Positions 43,301 through 56,650 of a stretch of 64,000 nt of DNA are shown piece after piece. The notes below the pieces were generated by a model that ran no database searches, was not told the origin of the DNA, and saw only the letters and a list, made by a program, of their open reading frames with translations. The position numbers and the translations under genes were made by a program. Numbering within the stretch: the stretch's first letter is position 1; each line of letters opens with the position of its first letter. Source of the stretch: Octopus vulgaris (lineage: Eukaryota); contig OX597830.1 in the NCBI GenBank assembly GCA_951406725.2, positions 63,550,001 to 63,614,000 of the forward strand, written 5' to 3'.

Positions 43301-43918
43301 GGTAGTGGTGGCTGTAATGATGATGATGATGATGATGATAATGATAGTAGGGGCAGTGGCAGTGGTAGTGGTGGCTGTAATGATGATGATGATGATGATG
43401 ATGATGATAGTAGGGGCAGTGGCAGTGGTAGTGGTGGCTGTAATGATGATGATGATGATGATGATAATGATAGTAGGGGCAGTGGCAGTGGTAGTGGTGG
43501 CTGTAATGATGATGATGATGATGATGATGATGATAGTAGGGGCAGTGGCAGTGGTAGTGGTGGCTGTAATGATGATGATGATGATGATGATGATGATAGT
43601 AGGGGCAGTGGCAGTGGTAGTGGTGGCTGTAATGATGATGATGATGATGATGATGATGATAGTAGGGGCAGTGGCAGTGGTAGTGGTGGCTGTAATGATG
43701 ATGATGATGATGATGATGATGATAGTAGGGGCAGTGGCAGTGGTAGTGGTGGCTGTAATGATGATGATGATGATGATGATGATGATAGTAGGGGCAGTGG
43801 CAGTGGTAGTGGTGGCTGTAATGATGATGATGATGATGATGATGATGATAGTAGGGGCAGTGGCAGTGGTAGTGGTGGCTGTAATGATGATGATGATGAT
43901 GATGATGATGATGGTGGT
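40320..43918. repeat. 63-bp minisatellite [ATAGTAGGGGCAGTGGCAGTGGTAGTGGTGGCTGTA(ATG)9]n, about 57 units
   Basis: Highly homogeneous tandem array. Explains the three >1200-aa ORFs. Confidence 0.97.
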
Positions 43919-44569
43919 GCAATTCAATTGATATGTGACCACACAAGCCAAAAAGTGTAGCTCATCAATTACCTCCCTTTATACACATTTGACAATCGTA
44001 TCCTCTGCTATGCTGCATAAAGCAATCAACTACACACGTTTAACAGTTGCATTACCATGCTTTGATATCATCATCATCATCATCATCATCATCGTTTAAC
44101 GTCCGTTTTCCGCGCTAGCACGGGTTGGACGGTTTCGACCGGGGTCTGGGGAGCTCGGGACTGCCCCAGGCTCCAGTCTAGTCTGGCAGTGTTTCTACAG
44201 CTGGATGCCCTTCCTAATGCCAACCACTCCGCGAGTGTAGTGGGTGTTTTTTACGTGCCACCTGCACAGGTGCCAGAGGGGTCTGGCATCGGCCACGTTC
44301 GGATGGTGCTTTTTATGTGGGGGGGGTATAGAAATATATAGGGGAGCACCAGTGGGGAGGGGTGGTTCAGAGAAATGATGACAGGTTCTAGGCAAGTAGA
44401 ACGTAGGATATCAAGAGAGGGGTAATGCATGGTGAAATAGCGTGCTGAAGAGGGGGTTCAAGAGTAGACACCTATAATGGTGGTGGGAGAAGCGACATCC
44501 GGTATAGATGGAACAAAAATATAGAGATATCCGGTATTGGTGGTGGGGGTGGGCAAGGGCGGATGCACC

Positions 44570-45195
44570 GGGAATATGCGAAGGTTGAACTTTAGAGAAA
44601 CGGGCGGGAATGGCGATGTTTTTAGGGTGGCATGTAGAGAGAAAAGGAAAGCAAAGCAGATTGGTGGTTATAAGTTCAAAACATTTAAACGGTAGACAAA
44701 TGTATGTATGTATGAAATAGAAGCGAGAATCTTAGCCTGCTCATGGACATCGCTGCAAGTCAGGGGAAGAAATGATAGTGAATGGTGGAGATCGAATTAA
44801 AGGGAATATGCGAAGGTTGAACTTTAGAGAAACGGGCGGGAATGGCGATGTTTTTAGGGTGGCATGTAGAGAGAAAAGGAAAGCAAAGCAGATTGGTGGT
44901 TATAAGTTCAAAACATTTAAACGGTAGACAAATGTATGTATGTATGAAATAGAAGCGAGAATCTTAGCCTGCTCATGGACATCGCTGCAAGTCAGGGGAA
45001 GAAATGATAGTGAATGGTGGAGATCGAATTAAAGGGAATATGCGAAGGTTGAACTTTAGAGAAACGGGCGGGAATGGCGATGTTTTTAGGGTGGCATGTA
45101 GAGAGAAAAGGAAAGCAAAGCAGATTGGTGGTTATAAGTTCAAAACATTTAAACGGTAGACAAATGTATGTATGTATGAAATAGAAGCGAGAATC
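44570..45195. repeat. 232-bp tandem repeat, about 2.7 copies
   Basis: GGAATATGCGAAGGTTGAAC starts at 44571, 44803 and 45035. Copies look identical by eye. Confidence 0.92.
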
Positions 45196-45364
45196 AGATT
45201 AATTTTCCATAGTATATACTTGAAGAAATGTACACACACATGCAACCTTTAAAGGACACAAAGATGTAAGCCTGAAGACTTAATGAACTTTTTTCCTTTT
45301 TACCTTTTTTTCTTTTCCTTTTTCCTTCTTTTTCTCCTGTCAATATTCCTCCGATAATCTAAAT

Positions 45365-45444
45365 CATTCTGACGATGTTTGTTACATGGAACTAGATAAA
45401 TGCATATTCACCTCAAAAATAACAAACTGAAACAGCTGTAAATG
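45365..45444 (+). ncRNA. Type I hammerhead ribozyme motif (intact core)
   Basis: CATT CTGACGA T GTTTGTTA...TAACAAAC T GAAAC AGCT GTA AATG. 8-bp stem II, palindromic ACAGCTGT stem III. Confidence 0.8.
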
Positions 45445-45447
45445 TTA

Positions 45448-45841
45448 TCTTTATATATAAAAGAAAGGTTGTGTGTCTGTCTCCTACGATTTAGATTCCT
45501 AACTACTCCCACATTTTGCGGTGCAGTGTAACCAAAACCGGGTATCTTATAGTCGGGATTCATATCAAGCCCTTCTGGGTATTAGCGCGTGTCTACGATG
45601 AGTCTACGATTTTAAAAATAATTTACCATCATTTTTTTCCATTTTAATGCATATTTTTTTAAATATAAGGGAAGTAACTCTCTAAAAATGTCTACGATGA
45701 GTCAACGATTTAAAAAAAAATTTACCATAATTTTTTTTCCATTTTTAATGCATTTTTTGCTATTTTTGAGCTGTAACTCTCTAAAAATGCTTTATAGTTA
45801 TTTCCCTTACAAACCCGAGCAACGCCGGGCGATACTGCTAG
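45448..45841 (+). mobile_element. Non-autonomous Helitron
   Basis: A|TC start, CCCGAGCAACGCCGGG subterminal hairpin, CTAG|T end, no TSD. Confidence 0.85.
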
Positions 45842-46595
45842 TTTTAACTACAATTAAACTATGACCATTTAATACCAATGATCAACTTCTAATTATCAAT
45901 TGTTGCTCCATTTCTTTTCTTATCTGAATATATTAAACCAAAGTTTACCATTTCTATTACCAGCTACTGTTAACCTTATAGCAAGGCCTATACATAGTTA
46001 GGTAATGCACCAGCAATGCCTACAATTATATTTATCCCTTAGGTGGTTGCATGACCTCTAACTCATAATTGATATATATATATATACTCTTTTACTTGTT
46101 TCAGTCATTTGACTGCGGCCATGCTGGAGCACTGCCTTTAATCAAGCAACTTGACCCCGGGACTTATTCTTTTGTAAGCCCTGTACTTATTCTATCGGTC
46201 TCTTTTGCCGAACCGCTAAGTAACGAGGACATAAACACACCAGCATCGGTTGTCAAGCAATGCTTGGGGGACAAACACAGACACACAAACACACACAGAC
46301 ACATATATATATATACATATATACGACGGGCTTCTTTCAGTTTCTGTCTACCAAATCCACTCAAAAGGCTTTGGTCGGCCTGAGGCTATAGTAGAAGACA
46401 GTTGCCCAAGATATACACACACACATATATATATATGTATTCGCATATATCTAGCTTTACTGCATAACGTATTTATTTTACAAAGCAGATAGTGACAACA
46501 CTAATAAAATGTGTGGAGAAAAGTCATTTATGCACACCAACAAAAACAGATTTTGTGTGTAAAGCAACCAATAGTTATACACACACAAATGTGCG

Positions 46596-46650
<55 letters not shown>

Positions 46651-47054
46651 TCTTTTACTTGTTTCAGTCGTTTGACTGTGTCCATACTGGACCACTACCT
46701 TTAGTTGAACAAATCGACCCCAGGACTTATTCCTTGTAAGCTAAGTACATATCGGTCTCTTCTGCCGAACCACTAAGTTACGGGGACATAAACACACCAA
46801 CATCAGTTGTCAAGTGATGGTGGGAGGACAAACACAGACATACACACATATATATAAATATATATATATATTCGATGGGCTTCTTTCAGTTTCCATCTAC
46901 CAAATCCACTCTCAAGGTTTTGGTCAGCCTGAAGCTTTAGAAGAAGACACTTGCCTAAGGTGCCATGCAGTGGGACTGAACCTGGGACCATGTGGTCAGT
47001 AAGCAAGCTACTTACCACACAGCCATGCCTGCGCCTATATATATATATATATAT

Positions 47055-47195
47055 TAGTTAAGTTTGTCTGGTCATAGAGTGACCAATGGTTTTGCATCTG
47101 CAAAGACCTTAGCTCCATGAATGTCTTGGAACTAAGGCCTTTGCAGGTGCAAAACCATTGGTCCACTCTATGACTGGATGTAAACTTTACTTATA
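47055..47195. repeat. Fold-back element
   Basis: gtcatagagtgaccaatggttttgcatctgcaaag mirrors ctttgcaggtgcaaaaccattggtccactctatgac. Confidence 0.7.
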
Positions 47196-48398
47196 AATAT
47201 ATTACTGCTCTATTCTTTAAAGCGTGCTTCTTTCATGGGCATATAATACATTGATGGTATATATCATCATCATCATCATCATTTAAAGTCCACTTTCCAT
47301 GCTGGTATGGGTTGGATGGTTTGACTGAGGACTGGCAAGCCAGAAGGCTGCACAAGGCTCCAATCTAATCTGGCAAGGTTTCTACAGCTGGATGCCCTTC
47401 CTAATGCCAAATACTCTGAGAGTGTAGTGGGTGTGTTTTACATGCCACCAGCATGAGGGCCAGTTAGGCAGCACTAGCATCAACCATGCTATAGATATAA
47501 ATAAGATGAAACCATTATTTTGAAGCTAGTTTAATAAAAGACATTGGTTGAATAAGCTGTTAGGTGAAACTTAGAATCCTTGTCAATGCAAAATTTATAA
47601 TAGATATTTTAGCAGGTATTTATTTATAGAGGGTGGCAGTGCTAAGCAATGAGTGTATAAATACAAATTTGTTACCACTTGAACAATGTTTGAATCATAT
47701 TGAAGCCTGTAAGAAAGTCATTCGCTGTATTTTGTCATTGAAAAAATTCCTCATTGTTGACAGAGAGGCGTAAATGTACTGAGTCAGTTCCCAGTGGTTC
47801 CTAACCAGACTGTTGGATACGTGCATCTCGGAGTGTATGCTTGTAAGGTTGCGAGTTTGATTCCCAGCAGCATGTTGTATTCTTGAGCAAGATTTTTTAT
47901 TTTAAGTTTCCTAGTCCATTCATCTGGCAAAAAAAAGTCATACCTGTATTTCAAAGGGCCAGCCTTGTCACATTGTGCCACGTTGAATCTCCCTGGGAAC
48001 TACATCAAGAGTACATATGTCTGTGGAGCACTCAGCCACTTGCATGTTAATTTTCTGAGCTGGCTGTTCTGTTGATCAGATCAGCTGAAACCCTTGTGGC
48101 CATAACCCCTTGAGTACCAGTTATCTTCTCTTCTGCTGCAGACAAGAAAAGGAGACACTGTGAACTGACACGAGAGACAGGTCCCTTTTGTGATATTACT
48201 GTCATATTCACCTCTCTGTCTACACTGAGAAATTTTCCTCATGACAAAACACAGTGAATGACGTTTGTACAGATTTGAACCTGCCTCAAACATATTTGAG
48301 CTGGTAACTAGTTTGTATTTACTTATTTATGTATTTGTTTGCTGTTTGTTTGTTTATCTCTTTGTATTTGTCTATTTATTTATTTTCTATTTTTGCAG

Positions 48399-49563
48399 GT
48401 TAGCTGGTCGTGTGGTATTGATAAAGGAACTGCAAGAAAGCTTTGATACAGGTGAACGCATTAGATTAGAAGACGGTGAAGCTGATGTACATACTGTAGC
48501 ATCTTTATTAAAATTATATCTCCGTGAACTACCAGACTCCATTATTCCCAGTGAACATTTCCAGAGATTCATGAGCATTGCTTATGAAGCTGTTGACAAA
48601 CATAAGAACCAAGATGAAGAATTCATTCCAAGATTAACAGAAGCTGTGAATATTTTGGAGTCAGACAACTACAACATTTTGCAGTATTTGTGCAAGCATC
48701 TTCACAAGGTGTCACAGTATTCTGATGTTAATAAGATGACGCTAGCAAATTTGGCAATGGTTTTCGGGCCAAATGTCATTCGTCATGAAGATGAAAACCC
48801 AGAAATTCTACGTGCTACAGCTGATTTGAACCAGAAGCTTGCGTTAATACTTATCAAGCATTCAGATGTGATTTTTGCCCACGACTGTGGTCCAAACTTA
48901 CTTGACATGCCTTTGGCTCTTCCTTGTGATGCTCCATTATTGCAGCCACTCACAAACACATGTGAACCTCCCTTACAAACCAGTGACATTGAATTTCAGC
49001 TTGCGGATGAATTTAACAACTTACCAGTAACATCACCATCGCCTTTCACCAAGTCCCGTAGTTTGAAGGCTTTAAAACCTGCACCACCTCTCCGGCTCAC
49101 GAAAACAAACAGTTCCAGGCATCATCGGCGTTTACGTCTTGTTGAGAAAAACAATAACTTCAACGACTCACTAAGTTCTCCAGATTCTTGTAAGTCACCA
49201 GAGACCCCACCTGCATCATTTGGAGGAAATACTGAAGGTTTTGGTGAGGTAGCTTCCCCTTCAGAGGTGAAATTTAAATGGGAGCATTTCACTTCAAGCA
49301 ATGCTGTTTTTGATACGAGTGATATCAAACACATTCCAAAAGAAGATAAAGAAGAGATGTCGAAACCTGTAACTGAAGTAGAGAAGCTAAAGAAAGATTT
49401 AAATCGGATGAAAATTTTGTATGAGGAGAAAGTAGTGGAAGTTGAATCACTGAAAGTACAACTTCAGAATCAAAGTAATGCCAAAGACAAGACCATCGAC
49501 AAAGTTATAGAATTACAAGAGATACTTAACAAATACAAAATTCGATATGGGGAATTGAAATGA
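48399..49563 (+). CDS. ARHGAP22/24/25-like RhoGAP, terminal coding exon (RhoGAP domain, S/P-rich linker, C-terminal coiled coil)
   Basis: ttttgcAG acceptor completes AG+G = Arg. Contains LAGRVVLIKELQESFD, DVHTVASLLKLYLRELP and NKMTLANLAMVFGPN. Heptad-rich C-terminus ends KIRYGELK*. Joined CDS is 1656 nt, 551 aa. Confidence 0.96.
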
Positions 49564-50143
49564 TTTTTAAAAATAATTCTATGTATTTTGGGGGAGGAAT
49601 TTTGAAACACTGTTTTCTTATCCCTTCAAAGGAAATACCGTTTATTTTTATTCAAATGAGGAAAGTGCATGGTTCTTATACTGCAAAATTTCCTTTGTTC
49701 TTACTTTCTGCTCTGGCTTAAAGTTTTAAAGTTAGACTAAGCAGGAAGAGACAAGAGGCTGCAAAATATATTCCCCTCACCCTTGTCCTTGCCATTTTTT
49801 TTTTTAATATAAAAGTTTTTAAGTGAATGAATGGAGTCATTGCAGTCTGTAAAATATATATTTTATCTATCAAATACAAAGATTTTGATTGGTTTGTCAG
49901 TGAAAGGGGGCCGTGTTATGTAATTAAAAGAAATGGTATGTCACGTGAGAGAGGATTTCTTTTATAGACTAGATTGGTTGCCAGGGCAAGGAAGGGCTTC
50001 TTACAGAATTGTAGGTTTACAGAGTGAGTCACAAGTGAAGAATATCACAGTGTATATTGGTTGACTTGGCGAATGAAGACTTGTGATGGAATGTAAGACT
50101 GAAAGATGAGAGCATTCTTACATAGAGTAATGAGAGAGAGGGG

Positions 50144-50175
<32 letters not shown>

Positions 50176-52702
50176 AAGAGAGTTCATATTATTTTTTAAA
50201 AACAGCTTTACTGTAAATGAATCCGAAAATGGCTCAATAAGAGAACAGATCTATCAAGATGGAGTTACATTTTACAAATGTAACAGTAAAACAAACAATT
50301 CTTAAATATTTTCTAAACATCCCTTCCACCACTTCTGTTTATATTTTAAATCCATTTGTTTGTGTTTATTCATTTTTTTTTTGTTTAATTTAACAGTTTT
50401 GACTGTTTACCATAAATGAATGTATCAAATAATGGGAAAGTTTGCATGAGGAAATAATTATATCTGTAAAAAGTTCTACGAATTCTTGATATAAGTCAAT
50501 CACAAAAATGTCCGGGTCTTTGTAGCACCATGAAGAATTTGTTTTGTTTTTGTCCTATTCTACCAAAGTGATTGATTTTAAATGTCTTTGAGTTGCAGTC
50601 ACTGGGTTAATAATGATACAGTTTTTTTTTTATTAATTATTATTACAACATTGGACAATACTGCTGTGCTTTATGATAATTAATTGTTATTTTTGTTTCC
50701 ATTTCCACGAGACTTGTGTTAGAACTGGATAAGATGTGTAAATTAAAGGGACGGGCTCTGGAAAATCGTACCCCTACTCTGTATTTTACTGGTGCTTAAT
50801 TTCAATTGAGAAATGGGAAGCTGTGATCAAGGACAACATTGTTGTTTAGCAGACTTATGATCCAAAATGTTCGAATTAAGACTATCCCATCTTTTCTGGG
50901 ACAATGTGAATGATCTAGCTTGGCATTTTAATATTTGCAGCAGTTAGATAACATCAATTTCCTAACGAACGAACAAACGAATTAATACAAATAACAACAG
51001 GGTATTTTGGGCAAGAAAGCTGCTGCAAAGAACCCACGCAATATTTTAGCTAACTTCTATCACAGAATGGAGCTTGGTACGGTTATGTTTAGAGTTGGAA
51101 TAAAAACAATCTCTGAATAGCACAAAAGCTTGGTCAGTTATTTTAGATATCAATAATCAATCAAGACAGACAATGAGTATTTAATGACTTGGAGCAGGAT
51201 AGACTTATCCTGATGATTTAATCATTAAAATGACCATTTTCCAGGAACCACAACACTTCATGGAAATAGTAGCAATGGTCATTGTTAAGAGTTGTACAAA
51301 TTTCTATGGAATTGGGTAAGAAAAGAGGCAAATCTTCCTTCCTTCCTTCTTTTGCTTATTTTCTTTCTTTCTTTCCTTTCTTCCTTCCTCCATCTCTCTT
51401 TTCTTGGTCTATTCTTCTTGTTATCCATCCCTCCCCCTTCTCTCTCAATCTTTCTTCATTTCTCTTTTTCTTATATATTATATTTCTATTTTTTCTTATT
51501 CCCTCTCTCTTCTCTTTCTTTCTCTGTCTGTTTGTCTCTCTTTCTTTCTCTCTCTCTCTCTCTCTCTCTCAAGACATGGTAACCAGTCAAACAACAGATT
51601 TCTAGAGGTTTTCTGATAACAAACTGATAACTGTTTTTCTACTTTAGGTAAACACAGATGAGTAGAGTTAAGAAAATTGCCCAAGGAGATATTTCAACGT
51701 CTGTAGTGGAAACACTGATAATAGACATAATCTCAAATGCCAGCAATCCTATCAGACATTTTACAATGAAATGTCATCAGTGAACTAATGAACTGATAAT
51801 TATCTCAAATATTATCATTGAATGAACTTGGCTGTGTTGTACCATCTTAACTTTCTACAACATTATTAAACAACACATTGGTTAAAATAGTTAATACTAT
51901 ATCTATTAGTGTGAAGTTTTAATGAAGCTATTTTCTCCCGAGATGAGATGCCCAGCAGGCAGTCTTCCTTATCTTACCCCTGCATACTATCTTAACTGAC
52001 TGTAACATTGTTAAACCATCACATCAGTTAAAATAGTTAACAAACTAAAACCAGCATGGAAGACGGGTGTTAAAAGATGATGATAAATGCTATGTCTGTT
52101 GTTGTGTATCTTTAGATATGAGACACCCATCAGGAAGATTTTCTTACTTTAATCTGCATATGCTAACTTAACTGTTTGTAGCATTATTAATCCAATACAT
52201 CAGTTAAAGTAGTTAATATGTCTGTTATTGTGAGGTTTTAATGACGTTCTTTCAGATATGAGATACCCAGATGCAAATCTTTCTTGCCTTAACCTGCATA
52301 TACTTTCTAAAATATTAAACAACACATCAGGTAAAATATTAATAATAATAATAATAATGATAATAATACAACAACAACCAAATGGCATGCTTAAACACTT
52401 TGGCCAAATACCAGAAGCCCCCAAATTATCAGAACTACAGAACATTTTGAAAATACCTGATTCTCTTAAAAGCTGCTTCAAAACTGAAATATTACAAACT
52501 TAACAGAATTTTAGTTCTCCAATTCTGGTTGCCTTCCTCTGTAATATATATTGTTGCTTATTATCAATAACAACCATAGTAAAACATCAAGCTTGCTATT
52601 ACTTGACATCTCAGGTTGAGACTTGAATCAGCTTGAATAAAGCAAAGCAGCGACAACAACAAAATGAATAATTATAAAAAAAATTTGAGACCAATATTGT
52701 TG

Positions 52703-53111
52703 TTAGTTAGTTAGTTAATTTGGCTCAAAAGCAAATAGCAAGGCCATGTAGGGGGACATGGAGTTAAGTACAGGGTGGTGTTTATGTAAAGAGTTCAGGC
52801 CACTTGAGGTCAAGGGAGGCTTTGAACAAAGCGGTCGTCGGCATCTTCACCATCTCGTCTGGCAGCTTGTTCCACGGATCCGCAACCCGGACGGAGAAAG
52901 CTCCTCTCCTTCGATTGAGATGAAATCGTCGCAGGTAGAGCTTTTCGGAATGACCCCGCAGCCGACGCTCTGGAGCAGGAGTGAAGAACAGCTCTTTCGA
53001 GAGGTTACACTTTCCGCTTATGATGTTGTGGGCGAGAATGAGATCACCACGGCGGCGGCGTTTTTCAAGAGAATAAAGGTCGAGTGTCCTCAGCCTTTCT
53101 TCGTAGGACAA
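52703..53111 (-). mobile_element. CR1-like LINE 3' end (young, 5'-truncated)
   Basis: SYEERLRTLDLYSLEKRRRRGDLI...RGHSEKL...FSVRVADPWNKLP is an uninterrupted ORF2 C-terminus. CpGs retained, (AACT)n tail. Confidence 0.88.
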
Positions 53112-53358
53112 ATGTTATTATTAAAGTGGTGAACTGGCAAAATCATTAGCACGCCAGACAAAATGTTTAGCAGTGTTTCTTCTGTCTTTATGTTCCGAGT
53201 TCAAATTCCATTGAGGTTGACTTTGCGTTTCATCCTTTCAGGGTTGATAAAATAAGAACCAGTCAAGCACTGGGGTCAGTGTAATTGACTAGGCCCCTCA
53301 CCACAAATTTTGGCCCATGGGTCCATAGTAGAAAGAATTATGATTATTATCATTATTA

Positions 53359-53410
<52 letters not shown>

Positions 53411-53757
53411 GGTGAAGGCGGCAAGCTGGCAGAATTGTTAGCATGCCAGGCAAAATGCTTAGCGGCATTTTGTCTGTTTTCATGTTCTGAGTTCAAATTC
53501 CCTAAAGGGTGACTTTGCATTTCATTCTTTTGTGTTGATAAATTAAGTACCAGTTATGCACTAGGGTTGATGTAATCAACTGTCCCCCTACCCACCAAGA
53601 GTTCAGGCTTTGTGCCTTCAATACAAAGAATTATCATTAAGGTGGCACATTAAGCTAGGTATATAAATTAGAAAGTGGTTTTTAAGTATTTACAACACAT
53701 GTGCAGAAATGATATACATGTATATATAAGTAATATGTACATGTATGTATATAAATA

Positions 53758-53790
<33 letters not shown>

Positions 53791-54118
53791 TTACAGTATA
53801 CATATATATATAGAGAGAGAGGATAATCATTAGCTTCTTACGTTTGAGAGAGAGTGAGAGAGGGTGGGGACAACAGTGTAGGAGACTGATGAAGGGAGGG
53901 GGATAGGAGGAAAGTTGATGTCTTTTGCTGCAAAGAGAGATGTTGGCAATCTAATTGACGTGGAGCTCATCCCCACGGGGAGTCAAGACCAAGAACTATT
54001 TTCCTCACAGTCAGTATGAAGCCTGAGATATATGAGAAAGGTAGGAAGGAAATAAAATGTGATGTACATCATCCCTCTTTTTAAAAAATTCTCTGGAATA
54101 GGAATTATAAAATCTCAA

Positions 54119-54161
<43 letters not shown>

Positions 54162-54206
54162 AATGAAAGAATGGAGTTGAACGACGATTTAACAAAATTC
54201 CTTTAT

Positions 54207-54287
54207 TCTCGACATATGTTTTGAAGACTGCATATTCCTAATTCCGAAGGAATAAAGGGTGCATTATGCCGCCTTCTCATCAGGAAA
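54207..54287 (-). ncRNA. Type I hammerhead motif, G12A-degenerate
   Basis: Minus strand: TTTC CTGATGA GAAGGC-G-GCATA...TATGC-A-GTCTTC AAAAC ATAT GTC GAGA. Long stem II, palindromic ACATATGT. CGAAA>CAAAA fits CpG decay. Confidence 0.7.
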
Positions 54288-54370
54288 GACAAGGAACTTA
54301 TGTCAGCATCATGACGAACATCGGTTATCGGTTTACTGAATTATCCATACTAGGATAATTCATTCAAATA

Positions 54371-54412
<42 letters not shown>

Positions 54413-54482
54413 TTTAAAAGAAGAAGAAAATGGAGATTAGGGAAGTTAATAATTGTTTATTGTTAACAGCAAATTGGTTATC

Positions 54483-54565
54483 TTCACTTACAGCTGTTTC
54501 AGTTAATACACAATAAACATTAAATTTACATTTATGCAACATGAGCATAATATCATCAGAGGGAA
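54483..54565 (-). ncRNA. Type I hammerhead motif
   Basis: Minus strand: TTCCCT CTGATGA T...T GAAAC AGCT GTA AGTGAA. Stem I has one mismatch and stem II is eroded. Confidence 0.62.
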
Positions 54566-55607
54566 AAAGATGTATCTTTGGATGCTGGATGTGTGTTTGT
54601 GAATTCATTTTAGCAGACTGAATGTTACAGTTTATGATTTGTATTGTTACATGCTGCTCGGGCGTGGGGTTTACGGGTTGATTAAAGATGAATAAATAAA
54701 GTAAATAGAGATGACAGAGGAAAGTTAATTACAAATAAGGTATATATATATATATTTATTTTTTTGTATATATATTTTTATATATATATATATATATGTA
54801 TTTTTTTTTGGTGTATATATATATATAGTTTTATGTGTACAGATATATATTTTTGAAAAAGATTTCCTTAAATATTAATTATATAAAGAAATATTTAATC
54901 TGAAAAAGTAGACAAACATACATTTTTTAAAGATTTTTTTTATGTATAATTAATAATTTTTTAAAGTAAGAAAATCACTTTTCAAATATTGTGACTGTGT
55001 GAAAAAATTTTTCTAACAACTGTTATTTATATATATTTGTCTTGCAAGTTCCCTGTTGACCCTATTGGTACAGGTACCATGTCAAAGGTGCTGGTGTTAT
55101 GTAAAAAAGACCAGTGTTGTTACCACATAGAAAGCACTGGTGCTTGTGCCACATAAAAAGCACCTGTGCTTTTTATGTGACACCAGCACTAGTGCTGGTA
55201 CCACGTAAAAGGCACTGGTGCCATGTCAAAAGCGCCCAGTATACTCTGTGCAGGGGTTGACTTTAGGAAGGGTATTCAGCTGTAGAAACTATACCAAAAC
55301 AGACAGGGGAACTGGGTGCAGCCCCTGGCCTTACCAGCTCCTGTCAAACTGTCCAACCCAACCCAGCATGGAAATTGGACAGTAAATGATGATGATGATA
55401 ATGATGATGAAATATGCCTGCATGAAACATTGATGTTAAATGATGATGACATTAAAATGTTAACTCTAGAGTGTGTTACTCCTCTGAGTATTGTGAGTAT
55501 CTAACCAGAATGCTTAGAGTAGTAGCAGAGTGTAATCACAATACTATTGCAGACACACACATTACATATTTATTGGGTATTTTTCCCTCTTGTTCATAAA
55601 TTCAAAC

Positions 55608-55649
<42 letters not shown>

Positions 55650-55747
55650 ATGCATGCATATGTATAAAGCAATGAGTGCAAAAGGTAGCACAAGAAGGAC
55701 AAGTTTTAACAAATATTGTATTAATTTAATACTTAAGAACAGAAGAG

Positions 55748-55783
55748 TCTTGACATTTTGGGTGCTGGTCCTTCATCAGAAAG
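55748..55783 (-). ncRNA. Degenerate minimal hammerhead motif
   Basis: Minus strand: CTTT CTGATGA AGGACCAGCACCC AAAAT GTC AAGA. Two CpG-type changes from CGAAACGTC. Confidence 0.45.
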
Positions 55784-56423
55784 AAAATTAAAATGGGAAA
55801 CATGTGGTGAAAAAATGAATCGAAATAACAATTGAAAAGAAGCTATTGATGTTTCAAATCCTTCATTACAATCATTTCAAATAATTATAAATTCCATAAT
55901 TTTATATTTATAAAATTATATCTTTTGTAAATCTATTCCTCCAGATAAAGTTATAAAGAATATAATAACAGGTCCAAACATTTGTGCCTTGTGTATCATG
56001 GAATCATGCCCAAAGAAAAATAAGACTAATGATAAAAATAGAACAAAACAAAGGATAAAGGTTCAGAATCAAATAAACAATACAAAGTATAAGATACAAA
56101 ATAATATATCATCATCTTCGTTTAACGTCTGCTTTCCATGCTGGCATGGGTTGGATGGTTTGACTGAGAGTTGGCAAGCCAGAAGGCTGCGCCAGGCTCC
56201 AATATAATATAATATAGTACAATATATATACATGCTAATATTGAACAGTGAGAATGAGTGTCTAGCACTGCATTGGTGGATAGATATTCTTTATTTGTGG
56301 ATTAAAGAGATCCAACGTTCCCATGTAGTAGGCTTCAAAATTGTTAAGATTTCCCTCTTTGTTAACCCACAAATATAAAAAACAAAGTATGTATACATAT
56401 ATATATATGTGTGTGTGTGTACG

Positions 56424-56461
<38 letters not shown>

Positions 56462-56619
56462 AGTATATATATATATATATATAAGTATACGTATATATAT
56501 ATATGTGCATATATGTATATATATATATACGTATATGTATATATATATATATATGTACATATATGTATATATATATGCATATGTATATATATATATAAAT
56601 ATATATATATATGTATGTG

Positions 56620-56650
<31 letters not shown>

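Noticed and set aside
40244-43951. Three ORFs of more than 1200 aa (His/Cys-rich, Met/Val-rich, Ile/Thr-rich)
   Set aside because: They are by-products of a 63-bp intronic tandem unit that is stop-free in several frames, with no synonymous divergence or unique domain.
48265-48398. N-terminal extension of the 432-aa ORF
   Set aside because: This is intronic T-rich sequence upstream of the acceptor at 48398.
49564-51110. Exact 3' UTR end of the RhoGAP gene
   Set aside because: A candidate AATAAA exists near 51099, but the used site cannot be determined without transcript data.
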